DNA from: Octopus bimaculoides
Taxonomy: Eukaryota
Length of the DNA stretch: 38,902 bases
Assembly: GCF_001194135.2 (NCBI RefSeq)
Contig: NC_068981.1
Coordinates: forward strand, 135,712,744-135,751,645
Direction of reading: 5' to 3'
Below, piece after piece: positions 22,647-34,680 of the stretch (position 1 is its first letter; every line of letters begins with the position of its first letter). The notes below the pieces were generated by a model. The model worked only from the letters and a program-made list of their open reading frames with translations. It made no database searches and was not told the origin of the DNA. The translations under genes were made by a program, and so were the position numbers.

Positions 22647-22976
22647 CAATGATTCTCAACCGTTCTTTTTTTTTTTTGTTCTCGTCTATGGACCCCTTTG
22701 ATTACTATTCCATTCTGGTGGACACCCATAACCATTCGATGATTAAAAACCTGTTTTCCAGATACTTCTTTCAAAATTACTATTTTGTTCTTCACACTTG
22801 TGTAGGTTGAGCTACATATAACGTTAGAGAAAGAAATCTAGCTGTTTCTTGCAATAGATACATCTATAGCAACATTTCTTTCATAGACTCTTAAAATAAT
22901 AGTGGACTATTTTATTTGGACCCTCCAAAACGTATGGGCCCCCAGTGGTCATATGAACCCCAGTTGAGAACCACTG
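22647..22976. mobile_element. hAT (Charlie-like) MITE, 330 bp
   Basis: TIRs caatgattctcaac / gttgagaaccactg (2 mismatches). Degenerate 8-bp TSD ttctaaat / ttataaga (5 of 8). Confidence 0.65.
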
Positions 22977-23341
22977 TTATAAGATTTTTGGATTGATCTC
23001 CATCGTACCATAAACGCAAAAGGGTTAAGAGCTATTGGCTCAGGGCATTGTTACGATGTTTTACTTTTTTCAATATCATATGTTGAAGAGCGTATAATCA
23101 ACCGCCCGAATGCCTACATCAGTGAATAGCTAATGATACATTATCATATAAGTTAAAATTTCCAAGAAGGAATTAAATCTAAATATTATATTGATTCCAA
23201 TTAACAAATGAATGACAAATGTACAGGAGTCGCATAATTGCTTTCATTAGCTTACAGCTGTTTCTGCTATAGCATATATTAAACGTGCTTCCAGAACTGA
23301 GTGCTAGTGAGGCATCTCTTTCGTATTATTACTCTCATAGC

Positions 23342-23560
23342 AAGGCGGCGAGCTGGCAAGGTTGCTAGCACGCTAGACAAAATGCTTAGCGGTATTTCGC
23401 CCGTCTCAACGTTCTGAGTACAAATTCCACCGAGGTCGACTTTGTTTTGTTTTTAATCCTTTCAGGGTCGATAAATTAAGGATCAGTTGCATATTGGGAT
23501 TGATCTAATCGACTGGCTCCTCCTCCCAAATTTCAGGCCTTGTGCCTATAGTAGAAAGGA

Positions 23561-23622
<62 letters not shown>

Positions 23623-23840
23623 GGCGGGGAGCTGGCAGAGTTGTTAGCACGCTGGGTGAAATGCTTAGTAGTATTTCGCCCGTCGCTACGTTCTGAGTTC
23701 AAATTCCGCCGCGGTCGACTTTGCTTTTCATCCTTTCAGGTTCGATAAATTAAGTACCAGTTGCGTACTGGTGTCGATCTAATTGACTGGCCCTACCCTT
23801 CAAATTTCAGGTCTTGTACCTATAGTAGAAAAGATTATTA
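23342..23840 (+). mobile_element. Two tandem SINE A copies (tail type 2) joined by (TTA)n at 23567-23620
   Basis: Both have the A/B-box head, central domain and gtagaaaggatt tail. Confidence 0.9.
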
Positions 23841-23904
23841 TTCGCATAGAAGATGTGTCTTCTTTAAGAATTCCATGTTTAACACGATATATTTGTTCTT
23901 GTTA

Positions 23905-24315
23905 TTCGTTTATTTTTTCATTCATTTACTTGTTTTAGTCATTTGACTGCGGCCATGCTGGAGTATCGCTTTGAGTGATTTTAATCGAAGGAAACGACCT
24001 CCTTATTCTATCGTTTCCTTTTGCCGAACTGCTAAGTTATGGGGGACGTAAACACACTAACACCAGTTATCAAGCAGTAATGGGGGGGGGCAAACACAGA
24101 CACAAAAACACAACACACACACACACATACACATACACGGTGGGCTTTTTTCAGTTTCCATCTACCAAATCCACTGATGAGGCTTTAGTCGGCCCGAGGC
24201 TATAGTAGAAGACACGGGTCATTTTTATTTGGCTGCACTTGTAGAAGAAATTTCAAAGTTTATTGAAAATCTTAAAATTTGCACGCAGTGGGACTGAACC
24301 CGGAACCATGTGGCT
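23905..24315 (-). mobile_element. SINE family B, internal (CA)n
   Basis: Reverse complement of the consensus from the tail (gtcatttgactgcggccatgctgg) to the head (gggactgaacccggaaccatgtgg). Confidence 0.85.
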
Positions 24316-24439
24316 GGTAGTATTTTTCTTTTCATATAATTTATGCCATTTCTGCTTTGGAAATATACTTGGCATAAAGTTATACACATAGCATGCTACA
24401 TAGAGAAGAATTGTCCTAGTGAGTCATCTCGGCAATGTA

Positions 24440-24625
24440 AATTTTGATTCCTCTTTTCCGCCACTTACAGTTTACTAAAAACAACAGCCAGATCTCCCTC
24501 AAATTACGCCCTACTGTCTCGGAAAGAAGGTTGTGTTGAGCGATGTAGAAATAAATATACAAAACGATAGGATGTTCACGACTGGAACGAATTTAATCAC
24601 GTGTGATCTAGCAAGCCTGGCCCGA
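24440..24625 (+). repeat. Unclassified interspersed repeat (related pieces at 31555-31600 on minus and 33780-33850 on plus)
   Basis: Shared motif aaa(c/t)a(a/g)cagcca(g/a)at(c/t)tccct seen three times in the window. Confidence 0.45.
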
Positions 24626-24639
24626 AGAAGCAAGACAGC

Positions 24640-24845
24640 AACGACGACCGTGGTGGAGGCAGTTTAGCGATGACGACGACGGCGACGACGAAGATGACAA
24701 TAGCGAAAACTACAACGACTACGACGAGAACGCCGACGACGACGACGACAACGACTGCGATGACGATAATGACGACAGCAACGATGACAGCGACACTAAC
24801 GAGAGTTACAATGACGAGGATTACAACGACGATGACGACGATGCA
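24640..24845. repeat. (GAC)/(GAT)/(ACA) degenerate trinucleotide tract
   Basis: Direct reading; it explains the poly-T ORF 24670-24927. Confidence 0.9.
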
Positions 24846-25319
24846 GCTACAATATAAGCCCCTTTATTCTTTGATTTCAATGAGATCAAACACCCATTCA
24901 AGGAAACTGCTGATTATGAATAGTTAAACGAAAAATTCAGATTTTTAGATGTTTGCTTCACTTCATATCTCTTGTGTTTCTAATACACAAACAGTTTATT
25001 GGTTTATCAGTGTACAGGCATATTCATCTATCTATGTGTATAGAATATATTGATGATGTGGGAACATATCTGTTCAATTTTATAGATTTGTTTTCGTTAA
25101 CAAACGCTATTGTTAACATTTCCAATGACAACACTATGGCGTTTATCGTTGTTTGGTTGTGTAACAATTTAAAATATCATAAAAGATTAGTTATTTATTT
25201 ACTACGGTCGCCTACAATTTGTGACGTAGAAAACAGATGGACGATTGTTTGTCAAAATTTAAAAATAATCATTTACAAGCTAGTTTGATTACCGTCATCA
25301 TCATCATCATCATCATCAC

Positions 25320-25382
<63 letters not shown>

Positions 25383-25455
25383 GCGGCAAGCTGTCAGAAT
25401 CGTTAGCACAATAGTCGGGTGTCATTGTTAGAAATTACAATTTAAGATGCAGTTA

Positions 25456-25630
25456 AGGCGGTGAGCTGACAGAATCGACAAAATACTTAGCAGCGTTTCG
25501 TCCGTCTTCGTGTTCTGAGTTCAAATTCCACCGAGGACGACTTTACCTTTCATCCTTTCGAGGTCGATAAAAGATGTAATCGACTCGCCCCTCTCTTAAA
25601 ATGGCTGTCATTTGTATAAAAATTTGAATA

Positions 25631-25673
<43 letters not shown>

Positions 25674-25675
25674 TC
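25456..25675 (+). mobile_element. SINE family A (tail type 1) ending in (ATT)n; a SINE head fragment lies at 25381-25410 after another (ATC)(ATT) tract
   Basis: aaggcggtgagctgacagaatcg...gagttcaaattcc...aaaatttgaatatattattatt. Confidence 0.8.
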
Positions 25676-27600
25676 TTTTTATTTCAGGTTTTGTTGGAAC
25701 TTCCGGAGCCTTGCATGCGCAGAGGGCTTGCTGTCTGCAGCCTACGATACCATGCATGATATCTGTTCTTTTCAACTATCTAATACTTTCCTGATTATTC
25801 TGGCTGTGCCAAGGAGACAAACCTTCTGTAATAGTTCTACTGGGCACTCTATTCTAGTTTCCTTTATATTCCCCTTGATGCCTTCTGATACTGTTCCCAA
25901 GGACCCAGCAATAATTAGCACTGTCTTCACCTTCTTCATTTTCCATAGCCGGGCTATTTCGTACTTGAGAGGGTTGTATTTATTTATCTTATCGCCTTCC
26001 TTCTTGACTATTCGTGGGTCATAGGAGCATGCAACATAAACAATTGAGCATGCAACATCAACCAATAGGTCTGGCCTGTTATGCTCTAGCACCTTATCTG
26101 TTTGGATTGGGAAATCCCAGAGGATTTTACAAGTCTCTGACTCCACCACTCTGCGGTTTGTGCTCATATCACGTCTTGCCTCTCTCCAGCTCCCGCTTTT
26201 CGCACTTTTCAATGTAGCACTTTCGCTACCTGATTGTGTCGCTACAATTTGTAGTGGTTTTGGGCAAGTCTAGAGCATTCTTTCATGATATGGGCAACGG
26301 TTTCATCCACTCTATTGCAGATGCGGCACAGCGGAGACACTTGCTCATTTCTAAGGTTGATCCCCTCGTTCATGGCCAAAGCTTGATCTTGCGCTGCCAG
26401 TATAGTGCTCTCGGTTTCTTTTTTTAGTGTTCCTTTTTTTCAGCTAGTCTCATCTATTTATTCCAGCAATGTCTCTTGTGGCTGCATGGAATTGATTATG
26501 CAGTCCCTTGTTGCGTAACCCTTTCTGTTCAGTAGGTAGCAGCCCACTGTTTTCCAGGTATCTATACAGTTCACTGGCCACTCACCTGACATTAGCTTCC
26601 ACATTAGCAGAAGGTACGTTATTGGTCTAAAATTGGACGCAAAATTTCCCTTTTATGATCCTTGGCACACTATAATGTCTTTCTCTTTGTCATCCAGCTG
26701 TTTACTGCGCCTTTCTGCAAGCACTCATCTAGCTGTTGCGCTATTCTTTTATGGAGTCCTCTCGGCTATTTCATCCAATAACCTTGGACCACATCCGGTT
26801 CTGGGCTCTTCCAATTGGGGAATTTTTTAACTGCTTTTTTATCATTTCGCTAATATGTCTTTATGTCTTCTTGGCCTTCTATATTTCTTAACCTTCTTGG
26901 ATTTCATGCAGTCACTTCGCTTCATCATTATGCTCTACAGGTTAGTCTCAGATCCCTCTTCAGAATGTCCTATTTTCCTCTGCATCTGGTATCATTGTTA
27001 CGTGTAATTTCCTGAAACAGTTTCTGATTGCTTCAAACAATCTGTTTTGCCTGAATTGCTTTGTTCTATTGTCATATTTTTTGAGTTTTGCTTTGATTGC
27101 TACTACTTTCTGTTTCAATTCTTCCTATATCACATCATGGCCTTTATCTCTTATTCTATATGTTCTTTCCAGCATTATTCTTATGCTTTCGTTCTGCAAT
27201 TCCCCTCTACTCAATCTATCAACTTGTCCTATATGTCTTTTTAACTTTGTTTCTCACAAATTCGTCTACGCCAGAATGGGTCTTTACGTTCTGTTTGTTC
27301 TCTTCTTTTGTATCCAACTCTATCTGCAGCAACCATAGCTACAGCAACCATAGCTGCAGCAACCATAGCTGCAGCAACCAAATAATCTTGTTAGTTTCAG
27401 TTATATTTCTTGCCTGGAATAGCCCAAGGACCGAATCTATCTTTTCAGTTTCAACTTTGAGCTTGCGTCGATCAATGCACCTCAGATTGGGGGTGGGGGT
27501 GCTTGATCCTGGTCTTCTCTAATATATCGGCTCAGCATCCTCACTATATCTTGTTGGTCATCATCGTATTCTTGTGCTATAGCTGTACCTATTACTTCTG
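25630..27600 (-). mobile_element. R4/Dong-like RLE non-LTR retrotransposon, 5'-truncated, RT core deleted, pseudogenised
   Basis: In order on minus: EELKQKVVAIKAKLKKYDNRTKQFRQNRLFE; NWKSPEPDVVQGYW; NFRPITYLLLMWKL; EQKG; LHNQF; AAQDQAL; CCHC finger KCLRC..ETVAHIMKEC; RLE domain ILWDFPIQTD..HNRPD..KYNPLKYEIARLW..LLQKVCLLGTARIIRKVL; then a (TAA)n tail. Confidence 0.92.
27327..27380. repeat. 15-bp tandem duplication (gcagcaaccatagct, about 3.6 copies) inside the Dong ORF
   Basis: Direct reading. Confidence 0.9.
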
Positions 27601-27674
27601 CTTTTATTATTATTACAATTATTATTATATGAAACCGAAATGAAACTTACTCATCTGAATTTAAATATTCTCTC

Positions 27675-28345
27675 CAAGCCATCGTCGTCGTCATCGGTTT
27701 TATCTCGTATCGGGAATTTATTTTCTTCTTTGCTGAACGCTTCCTTTATGTTGATGCCGTTGATGACTCTGTAGACCAATTCCTGCATAGAAGAGTCGAG
27801 GGCATTGGCTGCATGACAATGTTGGTAGAGGACGAGGTTGATTCTGTCAAGCCTTTTTCTCTTGTCTTCCATTTCTCTTTCGGTGGCTTCGAAGTTTTTG
27901 GTCCCGATGGTGATGAAACGCCGCCACTTGGTACGGTCTCGGGTTTGTGTTACAGACGATTTGGGCTCAATTCTGGTGGCTTTTAGAATTACTTTGTGTT
28001 GGTCCTTGTATCTTCGAAGAGGACAACCCCGTGCTTTTCTTTCCGAGCTGAGTTCACTGAATAAGACTTGGCATGGGAACCCTGACTCTTCCATTCCTGT
28101 TACATTACATGTCTTGTCCATCGAAGACGGTGTTTCAAGATCAGCGATTCGATACTTTGACTGTTGGCTTTTGCCAAGACTTTGTTGTTAGTAACATAGT
28201 GTTCCCAGTTCAAGATCGAACGAAGCACACTCACTCAAAGCAACCATCTTTCTTACTTTTGCCATCGTTTCTGTATCACCTCACAGATCCCACGCAAAAC
28301 AAACTAATCCTTCCTTCCCCCAAATTATTTTCTTCATTGCTCATG
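27675..28345 (-). mobile_element. RTE/BovB-type LINE 3' end, pseudogenised
   Basis: MEESGFPCQVLFSELSSERKARGCPLRRYKDQHKVILKATRI...DRTKWRRFITIGTKNFE matches the RTE C-terminal RM...R.P..V...EL..G.R..G.P..RYKD.LK / DR..WR..V..G...FE pattern. Confidence 0.85.
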
Positions 28346-28823
28346 TTTTACTTATGCTTAAACTGTACATGAATGGCTTTGCTATAAGTTGTCCTAGAGA
28401 AAAAAAATCGTCGGCTCTGCTCCTTGAAAGAAAAACAGATTATTTCTGTGTTTCTTTTGTTGCAATTATTGTATATTGTGGTGGTTACAGTTTTCGTGAT
28501 CCTTTTTATTATTATCAGCAAAATGTGTATTTATGAAATTTAAATATAAATTCAGAATACGAAGGAATTATAAATTCCTTTACATTAAATCTCTTCCCTA
28601 AATCCTTGCCCTTCAACTATCAATTGCTTTCTGTTCAGATAAGAGAATTATTTTGCAGTAAAGTCGTGAAACATACGGGCTCTAAAGTGTTTATCTAAAT
28701 ACATTTAGCAATTTTTTTCAGCTTTGATAACGAAGATGAAATAGTTTTCTCTATTGAAAAGAACATGAATCAGCTATTGCCTTTGAGAAGATTAAAACTA
28801 ATACTACAGGCTGAAGCAATCGG

Positions 28824-29342
28824 TGTATAGTTGTCTTTATCACAATTCTTTTCGCATTTCGATTTCATCTTCGTTTCATCTTCAAATTCATTTTCAAACG
28901 TTATTGTTTCTTAACGGCTTAAGATCATTGGAGGAGAATATTTGATAAGGACTTTCTAAAGTTGTTGCAACTGGGAAAAGAGTCGTTTGTCGAAGCAAGT
29001 AGAATCATGAATGCGACACGAAACGCAGAATATTGATAGTAACAAAAAGCAACTCCACCTCATGATCTGAAAGAGGCTGACGCTATATCCAAAACTTCAC
29101 TGAGCCTTTGCATAAGCTATTTAGCTGATTTACATATTTGAAGAAATTGGATGTCACCAGTTCGACCACCAAACTGTACGATATTGATATTTCGTGTCTA
29201 TATCAAATCTTACTATAATTTTTTTCAAATCTTTCTCAAACCACAACGGACTTGACTATGTAGGATTGTAATACGTACGACCAGATCAAATTCTGAAACA
29301 GTGAAAATAGTGCTGACGTCAAACACATTTATATATACATAC

Positions 29343-29373
<31 letters not shown>

Positions 29374-29452
29374 TGTATGTATGTATGTATGTATGTATGA
29401 AACGAAGATGAAATCGAAATGCGAAAAGAATGGTGATAATGAGAACTATACA
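28824..29452. repeat. 56-bp inverted repeat pair (28824-28879 and 29397-29452) enclosing about 520 bp that includes a (TATG)n tract
   Basis: tgtatagttgtctttatcacaattcttttcgcatttcgatttcatcttcgtttcat against its reverse complement: ungapped, 3 mismatches. Confidence 0.9.
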
Positions 29453-29690
29453 TGAAAGGGCTAAGGTGTAGGTGCAGGAGGTGGTCAAACTCTGTTTAAG
29501 GAGTAGACAACCACCATGTATGTATGTATGTAAACATAAAGATAGGTATAGTTACGTATTTTAATATGCATGTATACATGCATAATAATGCATATATACA
29601 TACAACCATTCATATTTACATAAAAGAATTAAAGTGACTATTCGCAATTTAAAAACTAAAAGGCACATGTACAAAAGTGACAAAGGGTGC

Positions 29691-30085
29691 AATTTAGTAA
29701 CAACTTTAGCTGTATGAATTGGTACATTGTCATCCTGAAAGATTGCGTTTCCTTCCGGAAACAGTTCCGTAACCATAGGATGAATTTGATAAAATAAAAT
29801 GCTTAAATAGTCTTGACTATTTATTCTCCCATGAAGGGAAACCATTGGGCCGGCGGATTTCCAAGATATAGCCCCCCCCCCCGATCATCACAGATCCTCC
29901 TACATGTTTAACAACTGGAAGAAGTCAGTCTGGGTCAAATGCTTCTTTGGCTATCGGAAATAAGGTAAGGATGACTCGTCCGAGAAAATAACATTCTTCC
30001 ACTGCTCTAGGGATCAATTCTATAGGTTTTTACTTCACTCTAAACGCTTTGCAACGTTTGTTTTTGAAAGTAGTGGTTTCAAACG
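29691..30085 (-). mobile_element. Tc1/mariner (Tc1-type) transposase fragment
   Basis: KPLLSKTNVAKRLE...WKNVIFSDESS (first D) ...VKHVGGSVM..AISWKSAGPMVSLHGRINSQDYLSIL..QIHPMVTELFPEGNAIFQDDNVPIHTAKVV (second D). The third catalytic residue is absent; frameshifted. Confidence 0.9.
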
Positions 30086-30906
30086 ATGGGTTGGGGGGCC
30101 TCCATCATGGTAACGCGTACTGAAGAAGCTAAGGCGATTTTTGCCAGTGCAGAAACTGGTCCACGTGAGTCCAAATCCGTAAATGTATGTTAAATTTTAT
30201 TAACCTGGTCTGCCTTCGGTTGATTTCTGTAGTTATCATCAGTGTATTTTGGCGATTTAAATAAGAGTTTTGACTGTTATTTTCAGCAGGTAGACATACT
30301 TAGTATGTCCTTTGATTAATTTTTACATACATACATACATGCATACATACATACATACATACATACATACATACATACATACATACATNNNNNNNNNNNN
30401 NNNNNNNNNNNNNNNNNNNNNNNNNNNNNNNNNNNNNNNNNNNNNNNNNNNNNNNNNNNNNNNNNNNNNNNNNNNNNNNNNNNNNNNNNNNNNNNNNNNN
30501 NNNNNNNNNNNNNNNNNNNNNNNNNNNNNNNNNNNNNNNNNNNNNNNNNNNNNNNNNNNNNNNNNNNNNNNNNNNNNNNNNNNNNNNNNNNNNNNNNNNN
30601 NNNNNNNNNNNNNNNNNNNNNNNNNNNNNNNNNNNNNNNNNNNNNNNNNNNNNNNNNNNNNNNNNNNNNNNNNNNNNNNNNNNNNNNNNNNNNNNNNNNN
30701 NNNNNNNNNNNNNNNNNNNNNNNNNNNNNNNNNNNNNNNNNNNNNNNNNNNNNNNNNNNNNNNNNNNNNNNNNNNNNNNNNNNNNNNNNNNNNNNNNNNN
30801 NNNNNNNNNNNNNNNNNNNNNNNNNNNNNNNNNNNNNNNNNNNNNNNNNNNNNNNNNNNNNNNNNNNNNNNNNNNNNNNNNNNNNNNNNNNNNNNNNNNN
30901 NNNNNN

Positions 30907-30969
<63 letters not shown>

Positions 30970-31879
30970 TACACACACACATATATACATGCATATATAT
31001 ATGTGTGTGTGTATGTGTCTGTGTATTAGTTTGCTTGAAGTACGAAGAAATTAAAAAAAGCTTCTATCTTTTTAAGACGCTACAACATTGTAAATGGTGC
31101 TATAAATGTTAGTTTCTTATATGGGGTAAAAATTTTACCCCAAATAAAAGGAACTGGGATTTAGGGCTCCATTTGCATTGTAATAATAACTTCAGATAAA
31201 AAAAAAACGTACGTATACGCATACACACACACACACACACACACGTGTGTCTGTGAACTGCTATATATTTAAATATACAAGGGAATGACGCAATCTTTAT
31301 AAGTAGATATTTAACGAAATATCTATTAAAATTACGCCAAACATTAAGTTTAATGTTTCATGTGCTATTATAATTTTCAGAGGAGTGAAAAAGAAATTTT
31401 AAGTATGCTGCCACAATTTACAGTTGTTTTTATTTAGCCCAATCGCAATATTGATTGGAAAGGCTTATGATCAAAGAATTTTCAACATTGGCCATCTCAC
31501 CATTTTAGGGATATCCAATATTACATTATTTAATGTGATATTTCGATATTTAAGATGGTTGGAGAAATTTGATGGAAGTTTGGCTGCTATTTCTAACAGG
31601 CACAGCGACCACATAAAAGCGCCTTCATAGATTCGTGCTGAAACGTCTTATTATTTCCCTATAAATTGAATAACTGAAACATGTCACTCTATTTCTTGAG
31701 AGAAGAGGCTGAGAAACATGTTTATTGTATTCAGGAGACTGCTTCTATCGTAGCAGAAACTGCTGCAGCTTTTCAGTATAAATAAGACTCTCATCACATA
31801 CTGCTTAATACTGCGACAATATTAGAGACATTAGAGCTGTTTAATGCGTGCTGTTATACATTCAAACCACGCGTTGTAA

Positions 31880-32178
31880 TTGTTTATTGAGCGAAAACAC
31901 CTAAAGCCCCACGAGGCTCCGGCAGGGGATGGTGGCGAACCCTGCTGTACTCTTTCACCACGACTTTCTCTCACTCTTACTTCCTGTTTCTGTTGTGCCT
32001 GTAATTCAAAGGGTCAGCCATGTCACACTGTGTCGCGCTGGATATCCCCGAGAACTACGTTAAGGGTACACGTGTCTGTGGAGTGCTCAGCCACTTGCAC
32101 GTTAATTTCACGAGCAGGCTGTTCCGTTGGTCGGATCAATTGGAACCCTCGACGTCGTAAGCGACGGAGTGCCAACAA
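31880..32178 (+). mobile_element. SINE family C, 3' part
   Basis: cctgtaattcaaagggtcagccatgtcacac...gagtgctcagccacttgcacgttaatttcacgagcaggctgttccgttg; an inverted paralog lies at 34200-34470. Confidence 0.85.
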
Positions 32179-32215
32179 CAAACAACAATACATTCAAACA
32201 TTCAAACAATGAACA

Positions 32216-32445
32216 ACAAGGTGGCGAGCTGGTAGAATCGTAGGTACGCCGGGCAAAATGTTTAGCGGGATTTCGTCCGTCTTTACGTTCTGAGTTCAAA
32301 ATCTGCCGAGGTCGACTTTGCCTTTCATCCTTTCGAGGTCGACAAAATAAGAACTAGTGGAACATTGGGGACGATGTAATCGAATAACCTCATACCCCCC
32401 GAACATGCTGGCCTTGTGCGAAAATTTGAAACCAAAATTACAAGG
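32216..32445 (+). mobile_element. SINE family A, tail type 1
   Basis: Full head, central domain and ctggccttgtgcgaaaatttgaaacc tail. Confidence 0.9.
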
Positions 32446-32742
32446 AATAACAAAGTCAATATCCTTAGATAATTAAGCTTTTGCCTGTCTTGTGTATGAC
32501 GTGATGCACAGGACGTATTTTCCTGGTCTCCATGCATCATATGCGATACATATTCCAGTTTGTTTTTCGACCACCAGAATAACTAGCGACTTGTGAAAAG
32601 AAGGCTTTATATTAATCAGAACGTATGACATAAGGGCAAACTAAATATCTGAAAACAAACATGGACGTTTAGCACAAAATTATGAATATGTGTTGGGCAG
32701 ACAAAAGGCTAATCAAATATCGATTATAATTCTGCCATAAAA

Positions 32743-32842
32743 AATGGCGGTGAGCTGGCAGAGTCGTTAGCACGCCGGGCGAAATGCTTAGCTATCCCCT
32801 TCCCCCAAATTTCAGGCGTCATACTTATAGTAGAAAGGATAA
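32743..32842 (+). mobile_element. Internally deleted SINE A (head fused to tail 2) with a 16-bp TSD
   Basis: TSD taattctgccataaaa (32727-32742) / taattctgtcataaaa (32840-32855). Confidence 0.8.
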
Positions 32843-33895
32843 TTCTGTCATAAAATACATATTCATTCGAAGTTGATGATGCACTTGATCACTGCTCAAA
32901 GCGTCACGACTCGCGATCACTTAGGCAACATAAGAAAACACAGTGCGACTACACATGTTTAAAGAAAAGATAGTTTGAACTTTGATGGCAAACAAGGGAT
33001 AATTACGGACAGTTTCAGTATATTGGATCTCATCAGCATAATACCTTGGAACCAAGCTGGAGATCAGTAAATGAATTTTTATTTATACAAAATAAATAAA
33101 TAAATAGAGTTAGGAATGTTTTTGGTCAGAATAACTTGCAAATTTAAAAGCAAAAATGTCAAGGGAAAAACCCCCCCAAAAGGGACTATGCCACTGCCAT
33201 GAAATTAAGTTACATAATTAAATTAAAGATAATATGCTGAATGTCACACACTAAATTCTTGATTGAAATTTCTTCATAAGATGGAGGAGGAAATTAATTA
33301 GATTTTCAAAGAAAGGAGGAGATAATTTCAAAAAATTAATACGGGAAAAACAGGTTTCGTTCCGATATTCCATGTTGTTCCCCTAACTTACCCAAATAGC
33401 ACGTCCAAACAGTTTTTAAACATATATAATGATATAAATATAAATAAACAGTTTTTTTTTAAGCGCCAAAATGTGTATATAGATACAAATAAGAAGTTAA
33501 TTTATTTTCGAATGCTGGGACGCCTGTTAGAACAGCAGAAACATTGGGTAAATTACCCTTACAAAGCGGAAAAATTTGTCAAAATCCAGTCATGTTATTC
33601 CGGATCAATGACGACTGAATAACAAGGATAGATTATTACAACCAATAAGCTCCTAAAACCACTGACAATCTCATGTTATCAGCGTTACGTTTCTACACGC
33701 TTCACGTACAACTTCATCACACTAGCCGTCACAAGCAGATAACTACCGCTGCAACTGCATGCAGAACGAGGGAGACTCTACATGGTCATTTGAGATACTA
33801 GAAATAGATCCAAATTTCCCTTGATACATATATTACTGTCTTAAAAACGACGTCTACGACTACAACATTGAATAATATTATAGCTGATTCGTAAT

Positions 33896-34680
33896 TCTTT
33901 CTACTATAAGCACAAGGCCCGAAATTTTAGGTGGAGGGGCTAGTCGATTACATCAACCCAGTGTTCGACTGGTGATTATTTTATCGAGCCCGTAAAGCAA
34001 AGTCGATCTCGGCAGGATTTGAACTTATAACGTGCAGACGGACGAAATGCTGCTATGCATTTTGTTCGGCGTGCTATCGATTCTATCAGCTCGTCGTTTT
34101 AGAGTCTATAAAAAATATATAACAAGTTAGTCGTTGTTGAAGTGCTCATAGATCTCTTCAACTAGGCTCGACTAGAGCTAGACAACAATAGCAATAATAG
34201 CCTGGCTCCCCGTCGGTTGGGACGACGAGCGTTCCAGTTGATTCGATCAACCCAACGGCCTGCTTGTGAAATTAACGTGCAAGTGGTTGAGCACTCTACA
34301 GACACACATACCCTTAACATAGTTTTCAAGGAGATTCAGCATGACACAGAATGTGACAAGGCTGGCCCTTTGAAATACAGGTATCTTTTCACCAACTGGG
34401 TGGATTTGATTGACGAGAAATAAAGTACGTTGCTCAAGGCGAACACGTTAACCACTAAGCCACGCACATTCACAACAATAATCTTTTCTATTATAGGCAC
34501 AAGGCCTGTAATTTTGGGAAAGGGGGCTAGTCAATTATGTCAACCCCAGTACTTAATTTATCGACCCCGAAAGGAGGGAAGGCAAAGTCGACCTCGACGG
34601 AATTCGAACTCGGAACATAAAGACGGAGGAAACTCCGCTAAGCATTTTGTACGGCGTGCTAACGATTCTACCTTCACAAC
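33896..34680 (-). mobile_element. Minus-strand SINE cluster: A (33896-34100), C (34200-34470), A (34485-34675)
   Basis: Reverse complements of the consensus copies above. Confidence 0.85.

Noticed and set aside
24953-25288. 111-aa ORF containing YIDD
   Set aside because: It starts at a non-ATG codon and no other RT motifs lie at the right spacing; probably chance.
30083-30190. Possible plus-strand exon (VTRTEEAKAIFASAETGPRESKSVN, followed by GTATGT)
   Set aside because: No credible acceptor (the upstream AG lies within Tc1 sequence), no homology and no partner exons.
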